A stretch of DNA of 64,000 bases, from the NCBI RefSeq assembly GCF_032062105.1, contig NW_026918357.1:62001-126000 (forward strand), written 5' to 3'. Within the stretch, counting starts at the first letter, position 1. Every line of letters starts with the position of its first letter. The stretch is from Saccostrea cucullata (lineage: Eukaryota). A program made the position numbers and the translations under genes. Positions 50,301 through 63,300 of this stretch are shown piece by piece. The notes under the pieces are model-generated. The model searched no databases, was not told where the DNA came from, and saw only the letters and a list, made by a program, of their open reading frames with translations.

Positions 50301-53300
50301 AGAGAAAAATGTACAATTTCGAACATTCTAAGAGCTATTTTTCATCAGCCAGGATGATATATATGTTAGATGTAACGTCAAGAAGATGAGGTTAATCTAC
50401 AATTTCAATTTCAGAAGGGGAAAAAGTATTTTACGGCAGACATGCACGAGGTTTATTCTATCCTCAAAATTAAACGGATTTTGTCCATTGTGACCTCTTT
50501 TTTTTACAATAACGGAAAAATACTTTGTAACCTGAAAGAAAGAAAGAAGACCTGCTTATGTAACAAATTATAAAAGTCTCTATCAATTCGGCATTTTAAT
50601 GCAATAAATACAAATAAACAATAGAGTTGGCATCTATGAGTGCAAAATATTTTCTTTTCTTTGCACTTATTCAAAAAAAGTTTCAGTTAATTCGGTTTTT
50701 AAAGAAAAAATACAAATGATAAAGCGATGGCAAAAATATGTTTACCGTATACAGTACTCCTTTATTGTACTATTCATTAGGTATTCATAACTTCCTCAAG
50801 TCTTAGAACCTGATACATGTTTGCAGTCCTTTTTAAACTTTATTAAAAGTTTTATTTGGAAGGATCTTCCAATTTGTCCTCGAGTATTGCAAATCTATAC
50901 ATACATGAATAATTTAATTTTGTTTGTATTCTCGCCTCTCATTGGTTGTTTTCCAAAAAGGAACGCAAAACATTTTGTATAATCTGGTTTGGTATGGGGA
51001 CACACCCCCTTGACGACCAGCTTAATCATCATATCCATGCAATCCCCTCATTTCCAGTCCTCGGAATCCATGGAAAATTCCAGATTTAATAAATGTACCT
51101 TCAAATCTAAACAATTACTCGTTCTTACCTCATGTAAACAAACATCATGGCTGCTAGATCTATGTATCAGTTATTACCTCCCCTCGCTTCAAATCACTTT
51201 CGTTACTACGGTTATATTATTACGCGGTAAATTTGAACTTATAAAAAGCAACACAATTTTACATCAAAAGTTGTTTAATTATTTTAAAATTAAATTATAA
51301 GGAATGACTTTAATTCTTGACCATATTATCGAGTATAATCTGGTTTGGGTCAGTTTACGCTTTTTTATAATCCGCTTCGCGGATTATAAACCGTAAACTG
51401 ACCCAAACCAGATTATAATATATCGATAATATGGCCAAGAATTAGAGTCATTCCTTAAATATTGAAGCAATTCACATAGTAAAGAGTAGTACGGAATTTG
51501 ACAAAAGTGTCATATAGAATTTAACTGCTTTCTTTTTCAGACTCCACACCTGCCGTATCAGATGACAAATGGAACTGGTCTGAAAACCTTCACCTGTTCT
51601 GTGTGTTTAACGTCTGTAGGAAATAGCGGTCAACACGATGGACTTCTTTTGTTACCATGTCAACACATATTTTGCAGAAACTGTGTAATTCAGTACATTG
51701 TAAACCAAATAGAGCAGGGAGCAACGGAAGTGACGTGTTTGGTAAAATCTAAATATATTTCGTGAAACTAACATCCCTTATGTGTTCTATTTTTGCTTAC
51801 ATAATTAGCAATTTGTTGATTTTCTGCCCTCCAGTTAGAAAAATCAAGTGTATGTCTTAAACTCCAGTGACTGGTATAGACTTCAGATGGCCATCCTTAA
51901 AGAAGTGCATCAATTTCGATAACTTTTCATGTTATAATTTTTAAGGACCCCAGTACAAGAACCTAATATGGACGGTGTACTAAAGACCGCTTATATTCAC
52001 TAAGTATTTATTAACAAAGACTTTAACTGTCCTATTTAAAAACCAGAGGTCTCTGATGTCTGGACTGGTCTACGTTTAACAAAGGAAAAGTGGCACTTGG
52101 ATTTGAAACTTTGCAACAAGCAGCAATAAACAGAATCATGTATATTAATGTAGTCTACTTGTGTGCCAAGTTATATTGAAATCAGACCAAAGCCGTAGAA
52201 GAAGTAGCATTTTAAAGGAATTCTACAGAAATTTCTATTTTTAGAAACCATGGCAACACCGTTCATCGAAATCCAAAACCGATGCACTAATTTATGTTTC
52301 TTGGTGTAATCTACTTTTGTGCCAAGTTATATTGAAATCAGACCAAAACTGTAGGAGGAGTAGCATTTTGAAAAATTGTTTACAGACAGACGGATGGACA
52401 TTACTATCGGATAAGCTCTTCTGGTCTCGAACCAATAGAGCTAAAAATTGAAATTAGAGGGCCCATTCGATGAACACAGGGCCATTGAATATGGGGTTAC
52501 CGAGTACCTTTACACGGGGAAACTTTTTAGCACTACATTTAATCCTTTTGTATTCCTTTCTACAAATATTCTACATGTAATAATGTATAAGAAGACAATC
52601 TAAGTTGTAGTAGAACTTGTGTCTTTTCCTTTTGACTTTAATTGTCAATAAAATATGTTCAATTCAATTCATGTTATATCGTCTTATTTCATTTCTAGGC
52701 AAATGACTGTGATAGTATTATAGACGAAATAATGATTTTGTACTTGGTCTCGTGCCACTTATACCGTTCTTGGAGAGAGAGGCATAGAAAGAGAATGGTT
52801 ATGTCTCGCGAGATTTGGAAGTGGTGTCCAAATCTCAAATGTGGCAAGATCGTTTCTGTTTCAGGTAAGCATTAATAAGTTTTTGTATCTGTATGAGATT
52901 TTCAGTTAGACCAAGTGTATTTGATTTGTAGAACATGTATGAACGCTCTGTAATTTTATTAACTCCATTTTAGACAAAATTGCAAAGTTTGCGGGAACTG
53001 AGCGCCTTAAATCTCTGTCTGAGCGGCGGGAAGTGACGTGTGTATGTAAATCGGAATTCTGTGTTGATTGTCAACAACCTCCTCACTGGCCAGCCACCTG
53101 TCATCAAGCACGGGCCTACCACAAAATATCGGACCACGTCATAGGTATTCTCAATACCGTATATTATTAATATTAAAATAGGGCGAATGAAAAGTTCGAA
53201 TTCCATTTTTGTTTGAAATTCATTCATTTTTTATTACATATCAAAAAAATTTGCATGTATGAGTTGAAAGGTACATTATATAAATGGTGCCTGTTTTGGA

Positions 53301-56300
53301 GAGTAACAGTTGAAATTGACACCCCAAGGAAAACCATTGTCAACCGACGCGTCAGCAGAGGTTGACAATGGTTTTCCAAGGGGTGGCAATTTCAACTGTT
53401 ACCCTCCAAAACAGGCACCATTTATTTTATTATACTGAATGTCTTCTCAAATTAAATCAGCAAAAAAAAATCGTCCATCATCTTTACGTTCACGTTTAGA
53501 AAGCTTTCAAACTACTCGCTACTTCTAAAAAGATTTACTGACCTTTTTATTGTTTGTTTGATACTCTAAGAGTCTTTTATCATATAAAGTTTCGTTATTT
53601 CTGCATTCGCAAGCATGTTTCGTCTGTCGTTTGTTGTTCTCAAGTACGCTACATCGGATGCAAGATTTTAATGATGTCAAGTTTATTCCAGTTCTTTCAA
53701 ACGAGCAACTGACGTTTTGAGGATTCTACGGTGAATCGTACGCGCATAATATCCACGCATGTGGCATTACCGTTGTGTTACCCGTTGCCACATGCGTTGC
53801 TAAGGCTGAGGGTAATAGAACGGATTGTTAACTGCGTCTAAACCAATCAGATTTTAGTATTTAACATGAAAGTATAATAATAAAAATTGTCACCCCAGGA
53901 AATTAAATTGTTTTATGATTAATATTGCGATGAAATTTTAAAGTTTTATTCTCATCTACAATAGTTATTATTAGTGGTATATTATACTGAGTGTTATACT
54001 ATATTTGCTTTGAATATCACTCTTCAAACAATGCTCTTATTGTTATGTTTTATCATGCTTTTTGATAGTTGTTTTTTCATTCAGAACCCCATGCAGTTTA
54101 ATCGTTTTTTTAAACAAGTTAACGTTTCTCGACGTAATTGAATTGTTAATTTTTTTAAAAGTGTAATATCAATATAGCACTTTTTGTAGAATTTGATGTA
54201 TAAAAATGATGGATATATATTATTATATACACTGAACTAAACTTATAAGTGTTCACCTAACATTTTTTAAGTTTTAAAGAACAAATGCATACAATGAATA
54301 ATTTCTTTAAATCATGGTTAATGAAGCATATTTCAGTTCGATGTTGCATAAATTTTATGTAAATATCTCGTCAGAATTTTAAGCAAAGTGTCAAGGAAAT
54401 GATTTACCCTCAAAATAAAAATTCACTCAAAAAATATCTATGGAGTAAGACAACCACTCGCTATAATTTCTGCAAAACACCTTTTGCTGTTGGATACCAT
54501 GTACCCCTAGGGGATTGACCCATCTGCTGCTACACCCACTAAATAGATCTTTCCAAACTATTGAAATTGAGTGGAGAGGGGAGGGGCTTTGACATTCCTT
54601 ATAAAATACCAAAATGTGTTCAATTGGATTCAGATCCGTGAATTTGACAGTGCATCATAACACAGATGCCTTTTAGTCAATATCCTTGGACGTTTATCAC
54701 GTAAGTGCACAGCTTAAAGGATGATTCAGACTGCTTGAGCTGATATTAGACTGTCACGAGCACTGATTCCTTTTTTCATACGATATCATTTTCATACGAT
54801 TGAAATTGTTTGTTTTTATGTTTCTAAGATTGTTTCAGGACAATTTAACAGTCTTTTAAGCTGGTGTGAGGCGATAGTTTGGCCTCAGACGAAGATCGAT
54901 CAAGGTCACTTCCAGTTTGGTTAAATTTTGTCCAAAACTCTCAAATTGTGTTAAATTGGCGATGAAAAATGACACACAGGCTATAGAAAATTTGTGTTTA
55001 AATGGGTTTTGATACTGGTTGTTAATTTTTAAAAGTAATATTAAGAGCAATTAAACACTAAATAAAAGTGAGTAAAACCTAGTGCAAGGATGGCCCAGAT
55101 ATCAACACTCCAACGGCTCTTTTGTCTATCTCAATGGTTATTTTGCCAATTTTTGTGTTTTTTTATTGAAACCATATTTAAAATTTTGATATTGATCACA
55201 AAAAGTTGCTAATTACACAAAGCACGTGCCGCAAAGTACAAATTAATTTATTTTAGCTTCGTCACGAAAAATTGGTTTTGATCGGTGATATTTTATTTTC
55301 TTTCTACAATTATTGAGAAGACTCATTTGTTGTAATAATTTGAAGATACCATACCATTCTATAAAATAGTTTTTGAATAAATACAGTTATTAAAGTGAAT
55401 ACTTAGAAGTTTTGTTAAGTGTATATATTTTGTAAAGCACGCTAATAACAAAGTTCCAGTGACGAAAACATTTGCTTCGTTGTAATTTTTTTTGCTTATA
55501 TCCAGTTCCACATATTTTAAAGTCGAATGGAATTATTATTACTTTGCCATAACAGTTAATCATTATAAGCTTGTTCACTACGATTTTTTTTACTGTATAT
55601 CTTGTTAAGTACACCTTGTAAGTTTATTATCTTCAATATGGACCTTGTAAGTTTATTATCTTCAATATGGACCAAAAATACTGAAATTAAATAATAAAAA
55701 ATTATATTTCTTTCATAATAAGATGACGTAGCTATTGGTGGCGAAAGAAGTTTTCTCATCGAAGTTAAGTCATGTCCTCGATGTCAGGAGAAAATTAACA
55801 AGAATGGGGGTTGTCAGATGATGACGTGTAGGTGTGGGAACACTTTCTGCTGGTTGTGCTCAAGACCGGTGGCGGATCACAGGAAAAACGGCATATGCAG
55901 GGGTAGTTCAAAAGAGGTATGCCATAAATAATTTGTTGTAATGGACATAAAAATTTTAAAAAGAGATTATCAAGATTGAACTTTTTTTGTATCGGGTACT
56001 TTACTGGATACATTGTAAACGTATATCACCCTAAAACTCAGCTAGGTTATAAAAAAAATCGTTTGTACGCGTGTGAGATCGTTTAATTGTTCCAACATTA
56101 ACTTTTGGCATTCTACTGAACTTTTATAGCGCTCCTTTATTATTTATACATGTAGCCGACCCGAATTTCCTATATTAAAACTTTTAAAAGTACTTATTTA
56201 AAAACTTGCGAAAGAAGAAAGCACATGTTATGGCCTTTGAGTTGACATTTAGATTAATTATACTTTCATGTTAAATACTAAAATCTGATTGGTTTAGACG

Positions 56301-59188
56301 CAGTTAACAGTCCGTTCTATTACCCTCAGCCTTAGCAACGCATGTGACAACGGGTAACACAACGGTAATGCCACATGCGTGGATATTATGTGCGTACGGT
56401 TCACCGTAGAATTCTCAAAACGTCAGTTGCGCGTTTGAAAGAACTGGAATAAACTTGACGTCAATAAAAGCTTGCGTCCGATGCAGCTTACTTGAAAACA
56501 ACAAACGACAGACGAAACATGCTTGCGAGTGCAGAAATAACGAAACTTTATAAGATAAAAGACTCTTAGAGTATCAAACAAACAATAAAAAGGTCAGTAA
56601 ATCTTTTTAGAAGTAGCGAGGAGTTTGAAAGCTTTCTAAACGTGAACGTAAAGATGATCGACGATTTTTTTTTTTGCTGACTTTATTTAAGAAGACATTC
56701 AGTATAATAAAATAAATGGTGCCTGTTTTGGAGGGTAACAGTTGAAATTGACACCCCTCGGAAAACCATTGTCAACCTCCGCTGACGCGTCGGTTGACAA
56801 TGGTTTTCCTTGGGGTGTCAATTTCAACTGTTACCCTCCAAAACAGGCACCATTTATATGATAATAATAATAATATTATTAGATCGTATTTTTTACGACT
56901 TATTTCAAACTCGTTTTTTTGCCTTTAATTTTAGTGTGAGAAAAAATGCAATAGGCCAAGAATTATCCGTGCACAAAACATTTCCATAAGTTTTTAATAA
57001 ATTAAATTGTAATTATAATTTTGATAAATAAATAGACGTCCTGAACATTTTTTTTCTTTTCTAGATGAGTACATCTATGATTTTTTTTTCGTTTCTGTAT
57101 AGGTAGTGGAATTTTCAAGCAGGATCAATTACAAATTACCAACAAATTACATTGAAAAAGCAATATCTTGTCGCTTATTGCAAAGGAGACTTACGAAATG
57201 GAAACGGACAAATTTTGGACGTGTTCAGGTATAAATTCCATTCGTGAGTCTATATTGATAATTTTTACTGGGTTATAAGCAGCTACAAGATAGAACTGTG
57301 TAAAGAAGTGAATTTCTGGCATGTGATTTTTTTTAACAGTTTTTAACAGTTAACATGCATAAATTTAATGCTGAAATTTATTAGCATAAATCAATTTTGG
57401 TTCGATTACGTTGTAATAGCTGATATCGTAACAATCATTTTTAGGTTTATTTAAATTGGATATAAAGTCTACAGAAACCTTATTTCTTTTACTTGGAATA
57501 CAGTACAAAATGGAAGAGGTGGATTTTGAAAAGACTGCTGAAAGACATCCTGGGAAACTACAAGATAAAGCTACTGCAAAAGTGGCCGAATTCCGGCACT
57601 TGAATTTGTTTATCAAGGTAAACAATATTGTGTTGTACAAAAGCAAAATGTGTCTTTTTTAAAGTTTTTTTTTATTATTTCAGAACTTTAAAATGAAGTA
57701 TTATGTGACAGTCACATTTCAAGAGTCTTTTTGTACGTACTTTAAATATAATCCGTAGTCTAACTGGGCAACTCGTCATTGTACGGAGAATGGTATGTCG
57801 ATCAGGCAGCTGGTGTACAATCCACGGTGTGTTCTTTATAAACAATAGTGAAAAAGCAAACGACTACTTGTAAGAAATAACCGTGTGGACTTAAATTGGG
57901 AAGAATGCAAATGACCTTTTTAAAAATAGAAACTTTCAAACCAATGGTACGATGTCCATTTCGTTGTAGGCAAATGTTATTTGAGTATATCAGAATAGTT
58001 CGTTTGTGATAGTCTCTTCATTATCAAGGAAGAAGATAGAAGGGGAAAAGTGGGAAATGACATTGAAAACCTTGGGATAATGTAACAATCTAAACTATGC
58101 TACACAAGATCAAATCTTGGTTTAAACCATATTTCTATTTTCTTTAGAGAAGTGGACAGGCTTTTGCCTACTTCTCTAAAAAGAGTACTACATTTCAAGT
58201 AAGTCGTTGTTCTAAGCGAAGCGCCTCTGAACCATTCCGCTCCAAGTACTAAGTATACGGGGCGGGGGTCAGAAATCATTGACATGGGAAAATGGAGTAA
58301 ATAGCCTAATATGGAAAGATTGGGGATATCCAGAAACCAATAAACAATGAAGTCAAATGGCTAAAGTTCATCGCTAAGCATTCTGTAAAACCTATGCTTT
58401 TTTCTTTCAGACATTAAATCTTTTGGAGAACATTTACATCTCACTACCTCCAATATCAAATAGCTTTCAGAGCAGACGTCTAATGAAATGTGAGGAGATT
58501 GTGAATCGCGTCGACTTCATTTCAAAACGACTAGAAGAGGTACATGTATTATCTTACCATCATGAGAAGTCTGTTGAACAATATTTGCATAGTTCGAAAT
58601 TCATTCATCCCACAACATACTTACATTAATAGCAAATGTCGTGCATTAATTAATTTGTTAATTGATTATTGATTAGTTCGATTTTAAATAGTATATTCTT
58701 ATAACAGATCCTAAAATTGTATTCCAAGGAATTTTTTCAAGTTTTGAAAATAAAAATGTAGCAATATATACAATGAAACCCGTAATATAATTTTTAAAAA
58801 TGGAGTATGTACATATGTACGTATTAACTGTATTATAATGATTCGAAAGACTTGTTTTCTTTTTTTATTATAGTTAACATGTTCATGTACAGTTATTTTT
58901 TGTATGGAACAATATAAAACTTAATTATTTTCTAATCCAAAATATATTATTTCTAATTAGATGCTGCTGGGTACAATTACACTGAAGGATTGCCAAAAAA
59001 TCAAAACATATCAGAATCTACTCTCAGATAAATTGTGCGATCTGTGTCTACTTTCTATTTGGATCAGGAAGGAGCTACGAGCCACGGATCAGTGGAGGGA
59101 CTGGGCGGAAGACTCTAATTTGTCTCTATTAACACGGGCTTCCCATGAAGTCCGACGTTCTATCACCAGAAAAGGCAGCTCTACATAA
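47390..59188 (+). CDS. RBR-type E3 ubiquitin ligase (RING1-IBR-RING2, Ariadne-like helical C-terminus), ~1020 aa with long unrecognised N-terminus
   Basis: Exons 47390-48048, 48337-48455, 48880-49633, 49907-50062, 50145-50199, 51541-51741 (RING1 CSVC..PCQHIFCRNC..C), 52699-52864 (WCPNLKC), 52974-53144 (IBR CVCKSEFCVDCQQPPHWPATC), 55723-55916 (RING2 CPRC..KNGGCQMMTCRCGNTFCWLC), 57103-57228, 57504-57617, 58411-58539, 58961-59188. All introns are GT-AG and phase-consistent. Confidence 0.88.
50909..51457. mobile_element. Element of short-TIR body + 160-bp palindrome
   Basis: 13-bp TIR ATAATTTAATTTT (50909) / AAAATTAAATTAT (51286). Palindrome 51298-51457 centred on CCGCTTCGCGG. Confidence 0.7.
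52010..52446 (-). mobile_element. Pearl/HINE-type non-autonomous Helentron remnant
   Basis: Two ~157-bp internal repeats (TGTGCCAAGTTATATTGAAATCAGACCAAA), GACA/GGAC microsatellite, terminal hairpin AGCTCT..AGAGCT followed by an A-run. Confidence 0.65.
53278..53880 (+). mobile_element. Palindrome + short-TIR body element, copy 1 (possibly Crypton-type non-autonomous)
   Basis: ~148-bp palindrome 53278-53425. Body bounded by TTATTATACT / AGTATAATAA. CCAATCAG about 30 bp from the distal end. Confidence 0.8.
56257..56858 (-). mobile_element. Same element, copy 2, inverted
   Basis: Near-identical reverse complement of 53278-53880 over the whole length. Confidence 0.85.
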
Positions 59189-60320
59189 GATTTCTACATG
59201 ACATTTGTATATACCCCGATCAACATGTATTTTCTACTGAAAAATGATATTCAAGAGAAGCATTTTCATTTTTGGAGGCACTGCTGCATTCGCTTAAAGG
59301 GGGCCTTTGTTTAGTCTAGTCAAAATCAAATATATGTAACTATTATTTATTTCATTCACAACTTATCATAAAGCATTCAGACTATTTCAATAATCCAGTA
59401 ATGCTTGCCCCTTTATGAGCATTACAATAAAATGTGAGAACAATTGAGATATCTGTGATTAACTAGTGTAAAGGTTCATTTGAAATTGTAATCAGAAACA
59501 TTACAGTGTCTGTTTTTGTTTATTTAAAATTATTTATTACTTATTAATGTACATGTTTTATACCCCACTGTCCCGTTTTTCGATGTTTGCATATATTTGC
59601 TTTTTTTTTTACTTATACAATTTTAAAAATGCAACTGTTTTGTAATTTTATTCCTTAAATCCATAATTGTATGGCATAAAATTTCTTTTTATGTTTAACA
59701 CATGTAACATGATAAAAAAGATAATAACAATCCAGCTACATACATGTAACATTAAACATTATATAGGTCCCTGATCATATTGATCAAAGATTTATTTAAC
59801 AATCATACTCATTTTGTTAAAATCAGTAAATATTCAAGTGAAATTAATATACTCTTTGGGGTTCCTGAAAAAAATTGGTTAATAATAATGTTTAAACGTT
59901 GTATTTGTATATTTTCGGATAATTCTTGAATTGATAATAAAAAGCAGATATAATGCATCTCAAAGAACAATATAATAAAGTAACAACAAAGTATTTTCTA
60001 TGACTAAATAAATCACTTTTATGGACTGCAGCAGTACCACTAGACCCCTCTTTTTCCAAAACAGGAAATCATTATCTCCATTCATTTTTTATATAATTAT
60101 TTTTTTTAAAAGATGGGAAAGAAAAAAGCTTTTGACACAGTCAAATAACAAATATATTTCATTCCATTGGAAGAAATGAAAATAAAATCATTAAATATGA
60201 TGACAGATCATTTAATAACAATCACATTTCTGTTGCAAAACATATCCCTAAAAATAACTCCTCCTCTCAAATGTACATTTTTTACAGCCCAGACTAATAT
60301 AAACTTTTCCTGCTAGATAT

Positions 60321-63300
60321 TTACTGTAGACCCCCCATACAAACGTATTTTATCTCCAGATACTCCTCAATACCATAACGTCCCCCCTCTCTTCCTAGGC
60401 CCGACTCCTTCCACCCCCCAAACGGTGCGTCAGGGACAGAAAGGACCCCCTCATTGACCCCCACAATGCCCGACTCCAGACGCTCGGCAACTCTCCATAT
60501 CTGGCTAAGGTCTCGGGAGTAGAAGTAACCTAAATATAAAGAAACAAGTTGTTATATTATTTTTCTCATTTATTCCAAGCTCTCTGATTGGCCCAAACTT
60601 GATTATATGATCAAGTATATAACATCATAAAGACTTGTGTTACTAATTATAGATTCTGAAATACATATCGACTTGATGTTTCTAAAAACGGAAAATTAAT
60701 AATTTCTGTAAGAAACAGATAATGCAGAAAAGAAAAATAAACTTGAACTTCCATTTATATTTCTGATGTTCCGTAATACAGTAATTGGTAAGACGTAACA
60801 GTGCCTTGAATAAGGATATATTTTATATTAAAATATATTAGGGATAATTTTTTTTTCAAAAATCAGTACAAAACATTATAAAACAAATGCACCTTTTAAA
60901 TTATTCAATTCCCTAAATTACTCTATCAATATAAAGGAAAAACAATTACATAAAACAGCCTAAATTAATTTTGATCTATAGCCTCTAAGTGTTTAAAAAG
61001 ACAAGAGAAAAACTTATGGCTTGTTCCCATTATCTTCTAATTTTTTTCACTTTCTATAAAAAATAATATATTAACAAGTGAAGCCCTTTAATTCGGTCAA
61101 TCCATAGATATATCGACTTCACAGAAAAGCATATCTGATATGCTTTTCTGTGAAGTCGATATATCTATGAATAGACCTCATCAAAGGGATATATTTATAT
61201 AATGGTAACAGAAAATTCAGATTTTCCTGTTTACCTTCATATTTCAGCTATAAGCTTTGATTTGGTAATTATTACATAGTTTTTTTTAATCAATTCTCAC
61301 CTGCTAGCCCAGATGTTGTAGCATTTGCTAGACCAACTACTTCCTCTTCAGTTTTAAACCTTTAAAAATATTTTAAATGCATAAAAAGAGAGAGAGAGCT
61401 CCTCAATATTATTAAATAAATAGAACTACAAAACATAGTGAGAAACTAAGAATGCATGTGAAAATGTACTTTGTTGATGGATTTGGACTTTAATATAGAA
61501 TTATTATAAATAATTTGCACCTCCTTTGAAGAAATAATGAGGTGTTAACTTGTCCTGATAACTGAACCAGGTTCTGTTTTGAGAATAAAAGTACATGCCT
61601 CAATGTGAAGGCGTTTATGAAGATACAAAATAAGACTGAACTTAGTTATATCACATAATTTGTTATGCCCATCAGTTATTTGCCCTATTGTTCACAGTGT
61701 ACTTTGATGTGTTTCAATTTGACAATAACACTAATAAAGGGCCCCCTGATAATCAGGATGTAGCTCAAAAGACCCCAAATAATAGAATGTGTCACTTATC
61801 AGAGACATACCTGATGATGCCAGCGATCGGTCCAAATATTTCCTCTTTAGCACATCTCATATCATTGGTGACTCCTGTTAGAATGGTTGGCTCGAAAAAG
61901 TTACCTCCCTTGCTTTTCCCGCCACATACGACCTTTGCCCCTTTACTGACAGCATCCTGAACATGAGCCTCGATCTGGATTCAGTTAAAACAATACATTA
62001 GACTGCATACTGAGGTTTATTCATAATATATTGAGGATTTGATATGCTGTTGGCCCTTAGTAATCTTTAACTCCAATATTTAGAGAATATGTGAAAGTCA
62101 TTTAGGACTCAATATAACTTTTTTATCTATGTAATTTATCCCCTATAACTCGAATCCTAAAAGAAAAATACATATAAATAAATAAATATTAAATTGATTA
62201 TTTATACAACCCAGCTTTGAATCCTGGTCATGGCACCAGTTTTGTTTCAGAACAGGAGAAAATATGGCTGAACTGGAAATCCAACACGGGACCCCTATAT
62301 CACTAGCCAAACGCTCTACTGACTGAGTTACCCAGATTAATATTTATGACCCAAACCATTACATTTACATCTTAGGAAGGATGTTTGAGTGGACACTTGA
62401 TTCACCCTACCTTTTCGACAGCCTTCTTGTTGATAAGAGGACCCTGGGTTGTAGCAGGATCGATCCCATCTCCCACCTTTAAGTCCTTCTCTACTACGGC
62501 TGCCATCTTCTTAACAAATTCATCATAAATACTCTCATGGACGAAAATTCTGTTGGCACAGACACAAGTCTACAACAAAAGCAGAATATACATCTGTCAT
62601 CTGTATTAACAGATGAGTGTAAAAACCTATTCCCTTTCTTTGTTAAAATTCAAATTAAGATAAATATTTCATTCTACAATAGCATGACTATTTCTTTTTT
62701 AAATTTTCCCCTTGTCCTTTAAATACTTAACACTAAAATACTGGAATGTTATCTGTAGGTTGACACATTCTAGAATTATTGGTCATTCAGAGGTGTTGTG
62801 CAATGAAGGGAAAAATAAAAATTGATTTCTACAGCTAATAAGGCAAATATATTCTGAAGCAATCTGAAACATATTAGGCACTGATGATCACCATAGGGTA
62901 TAAAACAACCAAGAGTTACCTGTCCAGAACACCTGAATTTTGCTCCTATGGCTCCTTGAACTGCTGCGTCCACATCTGCACTCTCAAACACGATAAATGG
63001 TGCATTACCCCCCAACTCCAGGGAGACCTTCTTTACTGTGGAGGCACACTGCTGGAGTAGTAGCTGCAAAAATGGGGAAATAACAGATTACATTTAAAAC
63101 ATTTGAAAAGTCAACTAAACAAGAACTGCAATCGTGCATAAAACTTAGTTATACTTTTCATATATTGTTTAGACTTTTTATTCTTTAAAAAATTTGCTTT
63201 GAATTCCTTTTCTTGTCCATCACAAGGTAGGGACTCATGTAAAAAAAAAACACTTTGTTATCATGACTGTTCAAGCTCCTTGACCTAAATTCTATTCATT

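Noticed and set aside
58020-58350. GC-richer intronic segment with a 61-aa minus-strand ORF (NUMT or retroelement fragment?)
   Set aside because: No recognisable motif. Cannot be assigned without a search.
62260-62335. tRNA-like stretch on the minus strand
   Set aside because: Decayed SINE head only. No cloverleaf.
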